DNA of 64,000 nt from the human T2T-CHM13v2.0 reference genome, Homo sapiens, in assembly GCF_009914755.1 (NCBI RefSeq), contig NC_060925.1; one strand, 5' to 3'. The notes under the pieces are model-generated. The model saw only the letters and a list, made by a program, of their open reading frames with translations. It did not search any database and had not been told where the DNA came from. Positions 12,530-26,589 of this stretch are shown in pieces. The stretch's first letter is position 1, and each line of letters begins with the position of its first letter. The translations under genes were made by a program, and so were the position numbers.

Positions 12530-13245
12530 AACCAGGGCACGAGAGGCCCTGACCTCCTGTGGCTGGACCCTTCTCCATGGTATGGCCGAGGGGACATGCC
12601 CATCTAGAGCCTATGCCCGTCTTCTAGGAATTCCCTACTCAAGTGGTTCTAGGCCTACTTCAGGTCTGACTCCATCCTCCCAGTGGCTGACTAGTCTATT
12701 AGATACATTCCTAGGCCTGGGGGGAGGCCAAAGGGCAGCTATATTAAAGGGATATGAATGTGCAGACTAGGGCATCCATACAGGTGTGCACAAGGCACTC
12801 AGATATTGGAAAGAGCTGGGAGTAGGAAGGGGGTCAGATTAGAGGCTGAGGGCTGAGAAACAGTTCTTGTCATGTTGCCATGGTCTGGTGCACTACTCTA
12901 AGAAGTCTGTGGATTCTAAATTAGAGCTTGGCCTTCCAGTTCATTCTGAACACTGCCATTCAAAGCTCAATGTACTAACAAAATACCTGGGGGTCTTGTT
13001 CCAATGCAGATCTGATTCAGTAAATCTGAGGTAGGGCCTGAAAGTCTGCATTTCTAATGCGCTCCAAAATGATACTGACACTGCTGGTATGTGGGCCACA
13101 TTTTAAGTAAAAAGGATCATGAAGGTACATTTGTCAAGGTAGAACAATAGAACATGTTTTATTTAACAATTTATAAGCCAGGTACATTCATGGTACCTGG
13201 GTCTCCATTTGGACATGTGTCCTAGCCCAGCAAATGTTAGGGACA
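12530..13245. mobile_element. hAT-Tip100 DNA transposon relic (MER115-like)
   Basis: attctaaattagagcttggccttccag...atgaaggtacatttgtcaaggtag...ctccatttg...gcaaatgttaggg matches the recalled MER115 consensus. Confidence 0.65.
12951..13115 (-). mobile_element. MER5A1-like hAT-Charlie MITE nested in MER115
   Basis: atgcagatctgattcagtaaatctgaggtagggcctga...tctgcatttctaa. Degenerate 8-bp TSD attctgaa/atcatgaa. Confidence 0.88.
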
Positions 13246-13899
13246 TTCTTGCATTTATCTTTCATCAGAATGATCTGCCCACTTCCACAGAAATCTCATC
13301 TTAAGGGAAGAATCATGTTGGAGTATAACGTGTCGACAAAAGATTATTTGTATCCATTCATTCTGCTTCAGATGATACACCAGATGGTTGCTCAGGCTGT
13401 CTATACGTATGAATTCTGATACTAGGAGCAAAGTAAGGATTTGTTGTCCATTGGCAGCAAGTCCACTTACTTATCTTCACTATTCCCAAGCCCTTGGGCT
13501 CAACCTCTAGGAGTAATCATCTTGTAAACAGAAACCAGAAGAACAAGACCAGAAGGTAGAAACTAGCCACACTACTAGGAAAACATATGCCTTCAGTGGG
13601 TGCAGGCTCACCTGTAAGGAATTTAGATACATAGGCATCTCCCAGGATGGCCTTCCTTCCATGCCTTTTCTTCCATGCCCTTCCCTCATCATGGTGCTCA
13701 ACTTCCGGCTCTTGTTTTCTTATCCTAGCATCGTTCTGAGGTCCCAGGGAACCTCAGTCTACTTCAGTCTATTCCTGCTGAACAAAACCAGCCCAAGTTT
13801 TCCCTGTGCCTCTAAAATTCCACATTGCAAATTCCACTGTATTATAAGCCACTATAAACCAATGGCCTTCCAGCTGTCAAAACCCATGCATCCTACAGA

Positions 13900-14112
13900 G
13901 GGTGGCTGCTTTTTTAAGAAACAAAAACTTATACATACAAAAGTGAAAAGGATGGAATCCCACTCTTAGTCACCTTATTTGTTTCTGGCTGGCCCTACTT
14001 GCATCTCATGCCACAACCCTCAGCACTCCAGCCTTGTGTACACATCCATTTGAACTGGACTACCTGAGTTTCCTAAACAAGAGCTTACATTTGGCCTTGT
14101 CTTCTACTCTTT
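13900..14112 (+). mobile_element. L2 fragment, resumes at about 16040-16150 after the L1MC insertion
   Basis: actggactacctgagtttcctaaaca. ctactctt is repeated on both sides of the L1. Confidence 0.5.
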
Positions 14113-14114
14113 TT

Positions 14115-16040
14115 AAGAAAATAAATTTTACTGTTTAGAGTAGTTTTGGTGTGACAGCAAAATTAAGAGGAAGGTACAGGGACTTCTTAAGTATCGCCTA
14201 CCTACCCTCCACATACACAGCACCGACCCCCCTCCCCATTGATATTCCCTACCAGAGGGGTACATTTGCTACAACTAATGAACTTACATTGACACAGCAT
14301 TTCCACCCAAAGCCCAGACTTTGCATTAGGGTTACTTCTTGGGGTTATATAAAGGTTTGGATAAATGTAATGACATGTACCTATTATTATAATATCATAC
14401 AAAATAGTTTCACTGCCCTAAAAATCCTCTGCAGCTCACCTCTTCACCCTGCAGTCCCCAACCTCTGGCAACCACTGATCTTTTTTTACTGTCTCCATAG
14501 GACCCTGCCTTTTCTAGAAAGACATATAGTTTAAATAATATACTATATAGCCTTTTCAAATTTGCTTCTTTCATTTAGTAACATGCACTTAAGTTTCCTT
14601 TATGTATTTTCATCACTTGATAGCTCATTTCTTTTTAGCAGTGAATAATACTCCGTTGTCTGGATGTACCATGGTTTATTTAACTATGCACTATTGAAAG
14701 ACAATTTGGTTGCTTCCAAATTTTGGCAGTTATGAATACAGCTGCTATAAGCATATGTGTGCATATTTTTGTGTGGCACAAGTTTTCAGCTTATTTAGGT
14801 AAAAACCAAGGAACATGATTGTTGAATCATATAGTAAGAGTGTGTTTAGTTTTGTAAGAAACTGCCCAAACTGTCTTCTAAACCAAAGTGACTATACCAT
14901 TTTGCATTCCTATCAGTAATGAATGAAAGTTCCTGTAGTTTCACATCCTCATCAGCATTTGGTATTGTCAGCGTCTTGGATTTTGGCCATTCAAATAAGT
15001 GTACAGTGGTATTTCATTGTTGTTTTAATTTGAAATTCCTGAGTCACATCATATGATGTTGATTGTCTATCTTATTTGCTATTTGTATTTCTTCTTTTGT
15101 AAGTTTTCTGCTCTGGTCTTTTGCTTATTTTTTAATTGGGTTATTTGATTTCTTATTGTTGAGTTTTAAGAGTTCTTTGTATATTTTGTATAACAATCCT
15201 TTATAAGATGTCTTTTATAAATGTTTTCTCCCAGTCTTTGGCTTGTTTTCTCATTCCCTTGACAGTGTCTTTCACAGGGAAGAAATTTTTAAGTTTAATG
15301 AAATCAATTATTTATTTCATGAATTGTACCTTTGGTGCTGTATCTAAAGAGTCATTGGCATACCCAAAGTCATTTACATTTTCTCATATGTTCTCTTCTA
15401 AAAGTTTTATGGTTTTACATTTTACATTTAGGTATATGACACATTTTGAGTTAATTTTTGTGAAGAATGTAAGATCTATGTCTAGATTCATTCTTTTATT
15501 TTTGCATGTGGATATCCAGTTGTTCAAGCACCATTTGTTGAAAAGGCTATTTTTTCCCCATTGTATTTCCCCAGCTCCATTGTCAAAGATTAACTGACTG
15601 TGTTTATGTGGTCTAGTTTTGAGCTCTCTATTCTGTTACATTAATCTACTTGCCTATTATTTTGCCAATACCACACTGTCTTGATTACTGTAGCTTTAAA
15701 GTAGTATCAGTTCTCTCATATTATTCTCTTTCATTCTTGTGTTGACTAGTATGGGTCTTTTTTTTTTTTTTGTCTCTATAAATTTAAGAATCCATGGGTT
15801 GATATCCACAGACTAACTTGCTGAAATTTTGATTGGAATTGCATTGAATCTATAGGTCAAGTTGGCAAGAGCTGACATTTGGCAATATTGAGTCTTCCTA
15901 TCCATGAACATGGAATATCTCCATTTATTTAGTTATCCTTTAACTAGAGTTTTGTAGTTTTCTTTGTACAGCTCTTGTACATATTTTCTTAGATTTATAC
16001 TCAAGTGTTTTACTTTTTGGGGTGCTAATGTAAATAGTTT
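14115..16040 (-). mobile_element. L1MC1-like LINE-1 3' fragment
   Basis: Characteristic 3'UTR (ggtacatttgctacaactaatgaacttacattgacac; aatagtttcactgccctaaaaatcctctg) continuing into antisense ORF2. Confidence 0.92.
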
Positions 16041-16157
16041 ACTACTCTTCTGCAAGGAATTTTCTTCTTTGCTTCCACTCTTTCTAGACTAACTCCTTTA
16101 GAAATCTCAGGTCTGAGTATTCTTACTTTGGGAAATCTTTCTTAAGCACATATTTAA

Positions 16158-16320
16158 TCATTCATTCATTCACTCATGCATTTACTTAACAAATATATAT
16201 GGTGTGTTTACTATGTGTTAGTTGTTATTCTAATCTCTGAGGATATGGCAGTGGCCTAACATTTTCTACTGTCATGAAGCTCACCTTCCAGTGAGGAGAA
16301 TAAATGTAAACATAGAAAAT
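16158..16320 (-). mobile_element. L2 3' end
   Basis: (CATT)n tail, ttactatgtg, catgaagctcaccttccagtgagg. Confidence 0.75.
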
Positions 16321-16648
16321 CTGATATTAGTAACCCACTTGAGGAGAGATATTCTTTAAGTATTCGATGAATGAATGACTAAACGAATGAATGAATGTTG
16401 AAATTTTCTGACCCTTATGGTGTTCAAGGAACTTATTTTTGATTAAGTTTTTCCTCATCCAAATTGAAAAAAAACATAGAAAAAAACATAAAAAATAGGT
16501 AAACCTATTTTATGTTTCCACTGACCACAACCCATGATCTAACATAATTATAAGTTTACCTTCAGTACTTAGTAAATACTTAAGTGATTGACTGACTGAT
16601 GTTTTAGGAACCACATTTTGGACTATTGGCCCTTCTATAGAAATTTTC

Positions 16649-16942
<294 letters not shown>

Positions 16943-16946
16943 GAAA

Positions 16947-17006
16947 TTTTCAAGCAAGAATGTTAAATTTGTGATGTTTTCAAGCAAGAATGTTAAATTT
17001 GTGATG
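16947..17006. repeat. Perfect 30-bp tandem duplication
   Basis: ttttcaagcaagaatgttaaatttgtgatg occurs twice in tandem. Confidence 0.97.
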
Positions 17007-19724
17007 GAAGATGCCTTTCATAACTGAGGTGTGAATTCTCTTGAATCTGAGGGGAAGAGACAATGGCACATGAAAGAATCATCACCTTCTTTATTTCAAA
17101 TTCAAATTTCTCCCTTCCTCCCATCCCAGATTCTAATTCAAACAGCTACAACCCCATAGCTTTTCACCAGAGTCAAGTTCAAGTGGGCTACTATATTAGA
17201 CAGAAAAATGCTGAGAATCACCCATGGAAACATTACTGAAGCCACCAGAGTTTTACTATCAACTGGAAAATCCACAAATAAAATGAGAAAATGCATCACT
17301 AAAAATCTAATGTGCAGTTGGGTAAATGATAAACCAATTTGAATTAGTGAATACTAATTGAAAAACTGCATGACAAAGTATTTTCCCATTAAAGCAGGAA
17401 TTTGCTAAAGGCATTTTCAATTATGTATCATGCTTCAGTAAAAAGCTTCACACATTCTAAAAACATAGTGTCTTCTTCAACTTTGCCTCCTGACGGAATT
17501 TTTAGCACAATGGCTACCTAGCTCAGATAACTTTAAAAATTAGATGCCAATGACCTTGACAAGGTTCTTCAATTTTTATGTGGTTCTTTTTTTCTCTCTG
17601 GTCCTCACACCTAACAGAACAGATGTTTTTAACTTGAGAACCTAATTATTATCTATGAGTGTTAATATTTTTAACCTAATCATGGTTTATCTGCATCCCA
17701 GAAACTCACAGTTCACTGTGCTTTGCTAGACAAGTAGAATATTTAGAAGTTTTGACCATCTAAAAGGACATTTTAGATGAAGGACTATCCCCCTTTGAAG
17801 TTCACAAATATTTGAATGTCCTTTCAATTGCTTAGATACCTTACTCTTCTCAAAATCAGGGCAGAGGTGACTGCTGGGAGCCAAAATTGTGGATTCCAAA
17901 CCTACAGGGAAGGGAATATATCTGGAACATAATACCCTGTTGGTGCTCAATAAATGTTTATTAATGAGCCCCTTTTTTTGACCCAGGCACAGAGAATAAA
18001 TCCAAGGAAGGAAGATTATGCAAATAGACAGAAAGGTCACCCAGCCCTACATGGGGGTGTGGCCCAGGGTGGGGGCAGAACCAAGTCATTCAGGTGACAG
18101 GACATTCTCTTGGGTGTATAGCAGTGACCCTGGAAACCCTCATTCCAATAGTTATCTGCTCCATTATAAAATAGTGTAGAAGAACATTTCAGCCACTGAC
18201 TGCAGAAAATACTGTTTGAGAAAAAAAAATATGTTCTCTCCTTACAACAGTTTAAAGAGATTCTTAGGCCAGAGAACTCTTGATGAAGAATAGACAATGA
18301 AGAGAATCAAAGTGAGATCTATAAGAATCATTAGTAATTGGAATGTCCACATTGCATAACTGCAGAATGGAGGGAGAGCACTCATGAAGCCAGACTTAGC
18401 AATATCTTTACAGTGAACAGATTTATTACGAAAGCAACGTGTTAGAAAGAAGTACACGTATTGGAAATGCATGTCATCCAAACTGATGACATTGGGCACG
18501 GGCCATTCCAAAGGCAAAATTCGTAAAACAATATTCCCCTCTCTGATATAAAACAGAAAAGCCATGAAACAGTTACCAAAATGCCTCAAAAGATTCATCT
18601 GTTATTTCTCCTCAATACTGCAGAGAAAAATGTCTCTGTGATTTGGCACCAGTCATTAGCTATTTAAAATTATTGGTTTTAATCTAGTAAGTAAAACCGA
18701 AATTTGCAATGGTTTATTTTAATAAAATATTTATGATGCTTCAGGAAAACAGCTAAATAGCTCTGATCTGAAAACGAACAATGAGACTGAACTAAATTGA
18801 TTTCTCCCCAGTAGGACATACAGCTCAAAACACACACACATAAAAGAGTGACACGTCAAACACTAAACTGTATTTGGTAGACATTGTCTTCTTTTAATTG
18901 AAATCTTATCTGAGGTGAAGATTATCTCTTTTCCTTCAGCTACGCTAATCTCTTCTAGCCTGAAGGCCCATAACTTGTGAATTACTAAACAATCATATTT
19001 GTAGCAGCAAATTGATTTCTGAGAGATTCATATTGATTGAGATATTCAGGACTAATGATTTTGAGGTTAGGGTGTTTAGACATTATTACCTCTGATGAAC
19101 AAAATTGGTAGAGTTTTTTTTTCTATTTATATTTTTTTCCATTAATAGATAGTTCAACTTGCACTTTAGCCTTGAATCCACCTATCAGACCAATTGGAGT
19201 GCCAGTTGGCTTTCTCAACTACCAACCTGATATGCTAAAATTATGCCGGTTTTTGTCCACATTCATAAAAAGATGGCAACTGTGATAGGTGAGTCAAGTG
19301 GTCAGCAATCTATCAGGAGTTACTGTCAGAGTTATAGTTGTTGGCTTGGCTAATTAGGCTTGCTCCTATCTTAGTAACTCAGGAAACATCCCTGAACCAC
19401 AAATAATTGCCAATGGGACACCTAAGAATCACTGGATGAGAGTGAAGTGGCCAAAACTGAGTACATTAATTGCTAGTTACCAGAAAAAAATAACACCAAG
19501 TACACAGTCAAATGTACTTCACTGTAGGCCAGAACCTCCATGTTCATATACAAACTATAATCCATACTAACATACAGCAGTAGCATCTAACAGTATTAGG
19601 AATGTGTCACATTGACTCTGCTCATCAACGGACTGTCTGGGTCACTGACATGCTGGAACCTCAGAAGGTATGGTCTCAGCACTTAATAAGGAGGATTATC
19701 TTTATGACATCAATTCTGTAGAAA

Positions 19725-19905
19725 CACAAGTTTAAGTGTCTGCTCTGCCAATGACTGGCTGCATACGCTTAGTCAGAGTATTTAATGTCACTAGGCCACT
19801 GTTATTTCATCTGAAAGATGAACTAGTATGTACTACATAAGTGCAACAAGAACAAAGTAAATAAAAGCTTTTAAATTTTTAAAGTACAGTGCAGGTGCGT
19901 GTAAA
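19725..19905 (+). mobile_element. MIR (degenerate)
   Basis: ctgctctgccaatgactggctg...tcatctgaaagatg. Confidence 0.55.
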
Positions 19906-19984
19906 AGTTTGTGTTGTTCTGGTTGATATTAAAATGAGAGATTAAGGTATTTAAGGTAGTGGAATGGGAGTCTGTGATTTGAAG

Positions 19985-20589
19985 ATTTTCATTCTCTTTT
20001 ACCCTACATCTAAACCATCGCCAGATCCTGTTGGCACTACCTTTGAAGCAGACCCAGGGAATCTAACCACTTCTCCCCACCTCCATGTCTACCACTGGAG
20101 TCCAAACCACTGTGTGTCCTCCCTGGAGAACTGCAGCAGCCTCTCAATGAGGCTCCCTGCTTCTGTCCTAGCCCCTTGTCGGTCTATTTTCTAAACAGCT
20201 GCTGGGATGATCCTTCAAAAAGGTAAGTAAGATCATGTCACTCCTCACCTCAAAATCCTATAAATGGTTTTATCTCATTCAGGGTAAAAGCCACAGCCAT
20301 GATACCGGCCTAATGAGCCTACACACCCTGCAGTACTCCTGTTTCTCCTCTGACATCACCTCTCATTGTCCTCTCCATGAGGAACTTCAGCCCAGTCCTT
20401 CTGCTGTCCTCGCTTTACTTGAACATACCACTCAGTCCCCTTCCATAGAATGTTTGCACCTGCTGTTCCCATTATGGAATATACCCCTCCCAGACATCTA
20501 CACAACCACTCCCTCAGTGTTGTCAGGTCGCTGCTGTTGCCCCAGGGCCCAGAAGCAGTGCTGGACCCATATGCAGATGTTAAAGGATG
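19985..20589 (+). mobile_element. L2a, with the (AATG)n tail displaced to 20905-20930 by an Alu
   Basis: Motifs aatctaaccacttctcc, ctccctgcttctgtcctagcccc, agatcatgtcactcctc, tttgcacctgctgttccc. Confidence 0.88.
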
Positions 20590-20607
20590 GCTTTAACATC
20601 TTAACAT

Positions 20608-20942
<335 letters not shown>

Positions 20943-21229
20943 CTACTATAACAGCATTCTTGATTCTTAAAAACCCATAAGCGTATCCCTGGTTTTTAAC
21001 AAACTATATGTTCGGGCCACTTTCAAAAACTGTGTTATCCTAATTGTCCCAACCCCACTAGTTATAACACAGTAACTCAGTCACAAACCCCGGTGTAACT
21101 TTTGAGCTTACAATTACAATAGAAAAAGATTATTATCATAGTAGAATCATTATCATTAATATTTCTTTTTAAAGAACATAAGTAGGTAACTTTCAACTAT
21201 ATTCATCTTCCCAAAAGTCTTGCTAATTA

Positions 21230-21430
21230 GAAAGACTATAGTTAAAAATACTTTATTGTATATTTCAAAACAGCTAGAAGAATTGGAATGTTCCCAAAAC
21301 AAAGAAAAGACAAATGATTGAAGTGACAGACATCCCAATTACCCTGATTTGATCATTACAGATTGTAGCATGCATCCAAATATCACATATATCCCAAAAT
21401 ACATGCAACTATTATATATCTTTTTTAAAT
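21230..21430 (+). mobile_element. L1MA 3'UTR fragment
   Basis: tattgtatatttcaaaacagctagaag...ccaattaccctgatttgatcattaca. Confidence 0.85.
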
Positions 21431-23342
21431 CTTTCCAGTTGACTTATGTCTCTGAAACTCCTGATATGACAATAACCTAGACCTAACTCTTGCAGGTATT
21501 CATTTTCCAAAGGGGAAAAAAATAGCAACAAAAAGATCTCAACATTTCTTAAGCTGAGATTCATAATATTTTTATTCCTAAACCACATATACATTAGCCT
21601 CCAAAGTTCTCAGGGTAAAAAATAAAAAGGTTTATAATTTTTTAAACAGAAAAAAATGGGCAGCAGCACTTTAAAACTTCTCAGTTTGAAAGAGATATGT
21701 TTGGTCAATGATCTATTTTTATTTCTGCTCTGCTGTTTCTTGAGGAGTCCAATGACAAGGACCTGTCCTTCAAAGTTTTAGTCTGTGGGCAGAGAATTAG
21801 CATTTTCAATTACTTTCCCTGGATGAAGTATATGGGTCTCTTTCCCTCCCCACCCCCAGACTTTTCTCTCATTCTCTCTCTCCCCTCGGAGGACAGGGAG
21901 GGCAGTTTCTGGGTTACACTTCCTTTTGTGCTTTTTTTTTTTTTTAATTTTCTTTCAGAATTTTCTCAGCAGGCTACAATCATGCTTTAAGAAGTAATTT
22001 ATAAATATTTTTTCCCAGAAAAAAGAACTGCAAATATAGGATTTAAGCATCATATGATATCTGCTTAAACTGTTGACACTATCTGTTTTAGTTAACAAAT
22101 TTGTTTTATGTCATTCTTAATCAACAGACATATGGTTTTGTTACTTTTGTTGATTCTGCAGCAAAGCCAGTTAACGTTGTTATTATCTTGGATACATACT
22201 CAGAACAGTTACCCTTACAGACATTTTTAATAAAAACAAACAACAACTGGGTGGACTCAGAAATGAGATCAGATTGCTTTATCAGCCAAGGAACAACCAT
22301 TGTTCTATTTCACATAGTTCATATTCTTCTTTCAATGTCCTCTCTCTTACCAACCATTTTAAATACAATGATCTGGTCAGATCAAGGACAGACATGGAAA
22401 GGGGAAGACAAAAAGAAGCAACCTCTGTTTAACTTTTGGTAAAACCAGCATCCAAAGAAGGAAAACCAGAAAGTACAAAAAGCTAGGTGCACGGGTTGAG
22501 CCCAGGTAACAGGAGCCATAAATTCTTCTATCATGATGCAGTTGCCCTGCCAATTTGGCGGAAAATCTTGGAGGGCCCTTCCTTTATTCTGGCTCTAGTC
22601 TCTATTAAATCACAGAAATAAATGATCTCAAGCACTTTGGAAATATACAGTGCTCACTAAAAAGACACTCAGAATTCTGAAAATATTCAATTCTCAACCT
22701 TTATATAGTCTGCATCTCTACTTTTAAGTCTTGAGGAGAGGTACTAGAGAAAAATAGGTAGTCTGGGATCTAATCCCTTTGATTGTAGAATGCCCTTTAA
22801 TCAAAGAGGTTAAGGAATAGGCAACTGGTCAAATAACCCGGACATCTCTTTTGTCAATGGGAAAGAACTACATTTGTTGAGTACATGCATGTGCTGGTTC
22901 CCTGTGGGATTCTTCACATATATCATTTGAAGGAAGAGATCCCAGGACAAATCATTTTACCTTCTTATCCCACAAAGCTCAGCAGGAAATGGTCTTGACC
23001 CATGACAAAGATTTCAAAAAGGGCTGCTTTCCATGACAAATCCAACCACCTTCTAAATGTCCATGAGCTTCACAATTCTCCCAGGGCTGAAGTTTCCTTC
23101 AGAGCAGGTTAAGCAATTATCTAACACCTAATAGAAACTTCCAATCCAAGTTTCTTGGAAAGGTGTATCTAACAAAATTCTTAGTAGAGTCCTACATTAA
23201 TCCAAAAAGTTTGAAAAAAATTGGTAGAAATTAAAGGTAGATAAATATAAAAAATACAAATCACTCTAATAACTCTAAATGAGTAACCCATTTAAAGCCA
23301 TATAAGCATAACCCAGCACTTCAAAGTAGAAAATGCTCCTAA

Positions 23343-23343
<1 letters not shown>

Positions 23344-23380
<37 letters not shown>
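23344..23380. repeat. (TG)n microsatellite
   Basis: About 18 uninterrupted units. Confidence 0.97.
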
Positions 23381-23383
<3 letters not shown>

Positions 23384-24392
23384 AAAATGATTACTCCTCT
23401 TCCCTCATCCACTCCAACCTCCATAGCTTAAAATAAAAATAAGTTGGAGAGAATTAAACTAGGACACTACTCCATGAGGTTGCAAATGTTTAAGCTATTA
23501 GGTGAATCTCTAAACCATGTCTGTGCTGTTGGCTGTTTTATTAAGTTTACCTTCAGCAGATGTAACCTTCATAACCCAGTGTCTCCATAGGTCTGACATT
23601 TACCTGGCAATATCTTTTCAAAGCGATATCCTTCAATGCTAAACACCTCTTAATTAGGGGCTCATTGAACAAAGGTAGCATTCATCTCTTCATTTACAAA
23701 GAGAAGCAACAGCAGCAATGGTAGCAATTTTTATTTGTAGGAACCTAACTGCCAGTTAGACTCATTTTTATTACCCTTCAGTGATGTGGTTTGTGTTTTG
23801 TTTTGTGCTTAAATGATGGATTGTAGTCAAATGAGTCTGTCTTTCCTCCTTATTACTCTTACGGTTTTCATAAAGAAGGAAAAACAAAGAGAGAGAGTTT
23901 AGGTAATTGTATTCCATATCCAGCCTAAGTCAAGTTCATTAGAGGGAAAAGAAGTGAATTTGGAGCTTCCCCTACTCTTTTTATTAGTTTAATTATAGTG
24001 GACACCACAGTATGGAGCATCTGGAATGGAGATGGAGTCATTTCCTTTCTTATGTAGTGCTCACTTAGTATAAGTCATGCCTATAGTCATAAAAGAGTGA
24101 AAGCCAGTAGAATCTTGCTCGCTCTCTCTTATTTTCAAGGTGTTTCTTTCATTGTTTGGAGAAATCCTGGGAGTCTTATTGGAGCAAGTAATTACATACT
24201 TGCTCAATTATTGGCTTAAAAATTTTTTTAGCATAAATTTCCTTTACTGTCCTCTAGACTCGCACATTTACTCTAGGGTATTGGACCTATCTGTCAAGCT
24301 CTTAAGAGTCAAGTTTTAATGCAACCTAATGGTACCAGAAGGAAAAATCCTTACAAATGGGAGACTACACAAACAAAGTTTCCAAGGAGGAT

Positions 24393-24396
<4 letters not shown>

Positions 24397-24429
<33 letters not shown>
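24397..24429. repeat. (CA)n microsatellite
   Basis: About 16 units. Confidence 0.97.
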
Positions 24430-24435
<6 letters not shown>

Positions 24436-24579
24436 TATAGATAGATGCCTAAGATATAATGTGAACTAAATTTTAAAAGTAGACTTTTATCTACACATAT
24501 CATCTTTATTTTACTTAATATTTGTAGAGGACTTTCTCAAACCCTTCTACATAGAATGTGAGGACTGGGAAGCTGTAAC

Positions 24580-24710
24580 CCTTACTGAATAGAAGAAATA
24601 GAAGCACAGACAATAAGTACAGGGCCAAGTTTCCTCAGCTGGCAGGTGCCGGGGCCTCCAGGAATCCAAGTGTCCTGACTCCCTACTCAGCATTCTTTCT
24701 TCTAGGCACC
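24580..24710 (-). mobile_element. MIR/MIR3 fragment
   Basis: gaatccaagtgtcctgactccctactcagcattctttc. Confidence 0.5.
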
Positions 24711-24774
24711 ATTTATCATGCCAGGTATCTGCAACATCCTGCATTGGTGGCTAAGAATAATTAACCAGCTGGGT

Positions 24775-25169
24775 TGCTGTGGTTTGAATGTCCCCACCAA
24801 AACTCATATTGACATTTCACTGCCATTGTAATAGCATTAAGAGGTGGGGTCTTTAAGAGGTGATCAGGCCATGGGTGACCGGTCCTCATGAATGGATTCA
24901 TGCTTTATTATTCAGGAGTGGGTTCATAATCTCAGGAGCAGATTCCTGATAAAAAGGGTGAGTTTGGTCCAATTTCCCCTTGCTTGCACGTGCTCTCTTG
25001 TCCTTCTCCCTTCCACCATGGGATGATGCAGTAAGAAGGCCCTTGTCAGATACTGGAACCATGCTCTTGGATTTCCCAGCCACTAGAATTGTGAGAAATG
25101 AATTTATTTTCTTTATAGATTATCTAGTCGGCTGTATTATGTTATAGCAGAAGGAAACAAACTAAGACA
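24775..25169 (+). mobile_element. MST (MSTB/MSTC-like) MaLR solo LTR
   Basis: Starts tgctgtggtttgaatgtccccaccaaaactcat and ends actaagaca. Confidence 0.9.
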
Positions 25170-25214
25170 TGGAAGAATGGGGAAACTGAGACAAAGAGAA
25201 CTTATTTGCTTAAA

Positions 25215-25459
25215 ACGAGAGCTGGCAAATGACTTCTGGTGGGCCAAATTCACCACCCCCAACTCCCACCCTCCAATGCCTACCTTTTTAAAAAAAAGTT
25301 TTATTGGGACACAGCCATACTCATTCATTTCCATATTGCCTAAAGCTACTTTTGCACTATAATGGCAGAGTTGAGTAGCTGTGAAACAGAGACTATATAG
25401 CTGGCAAGGCAGAAAATATTTATTCTCTGGTCTTTACAGAACAAGTTTGCCAGTTCCTG
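25215..25459 (+). mobile_element. MER58A hAT-Charlie MITE inserted in a minus-strand MIR
   Basis: aagttttattgggacacagcc...ggcagagttgagtag...ctttacagaacaagtttgcc. MIR halves lie at about 25175-25214 and 25460-25515. Confidence 0.9.
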
Positions 25460-26589
25460 GCCTAAGGTACACAGACAGTGCCAAAATTGGTACTAAAACC
25501 CACATCTAGTAACTTGTTTCACACAGAGAATAAAATTTAATCTAGTCAAACATGCTAATACTCACCCTACCAGAATCAACAAGGATCTCCCGGACACTGT
25601 GGCCTCAGCACTGCAAAGGGACATCCAATATCTATCTTTCAACCTCTATCCACATCTCTAGTCTCATGGACAACCCAGTTTCTCAGTACCCCAATACTGT
25701 GTGCAGTGCTTCTGAATGTCAATCTCTTCCATGACAGTCAGAGCAGAAAGAGCCATCTCTATGCAAGTACCCTATTCTCTTCCCCTAAGGTATAGTAATT
25801 TTGTGTTGAAAAGGAAGTTTTTTCCACATGTCCACTAATGAAATGAGAGCTGTGAGCCACTGTGGCTTCTCGAAGAAGGAGGCCAAGGTCTCTTTCCTTT
25901 ATTGTCCTCTTCAGCTTTTTTTCCCCAGAGAGCTCAAATTCTGGGAGCTGATCAGGCTACATGCTTAAAGAAGTGAAATATTCCCAGGTCCAAAAGCCAC
26001 AGTGACCATGTGCACATGAGCTGGGACCTCTTCTCTTTCACTCACTTAATCTAAACAGTTATCCAGCCTTAGAGAGGAGAAGTTTGCTCCATGCTCTCTC
26101 TCCCTCCCCTCCTCCCATTTTTGCCTTTTTATTTGGAAGTTAGCTGGATATACTCACAAATATAGCTTAGACTGGCTTGACTTTTCAAACTGCAAAGTCT
26201 CTCTAAACCCCTACCCTTCCCACCCCATATCACTGGCCCTATCTTCTTCTGCCCCAGTTCCTCAGACTATGGTATGGACATGTTGAAAAAGACTTTCCTT
26301 ACAGGGAGTTAATGTGTGATTCAGGATTGGCTTTAAGGGATAAAATGCCTCTCCTCCCAACTCTCAACTAACTTTAGAGTTCTGCTTTGAGATTTGACAT
26401 GAAACAGCCAGCCACAATACCGTATGCATTTATCTCTCTTCCATCCCCCATTCCACACCTGAATCTGCCATTTGCCAGTCACTGTCTTCTTCACAAATAT
26501 CCCTTGGGGATTCCAAGAGGTGGGAAGCTTGATCATGGCCAAGATTCTTAGATTCTTGGGTCTTCTGGCCATGATATCAGAGAGACAAT

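Noticed and set aside
16158-16400. Opposed L2 tails as a miR-28/151-type hairpin
   Set aside because: The arrangement is nested rather than tail-to-tail, and pairing is limited to CATT/AATG units about 200 nt apart.
16484-16517. Hairpin aaaataggt-aa-acctatttt
   Set aside because: Short, bulged and made mostly of A/T runs, so chance-level.
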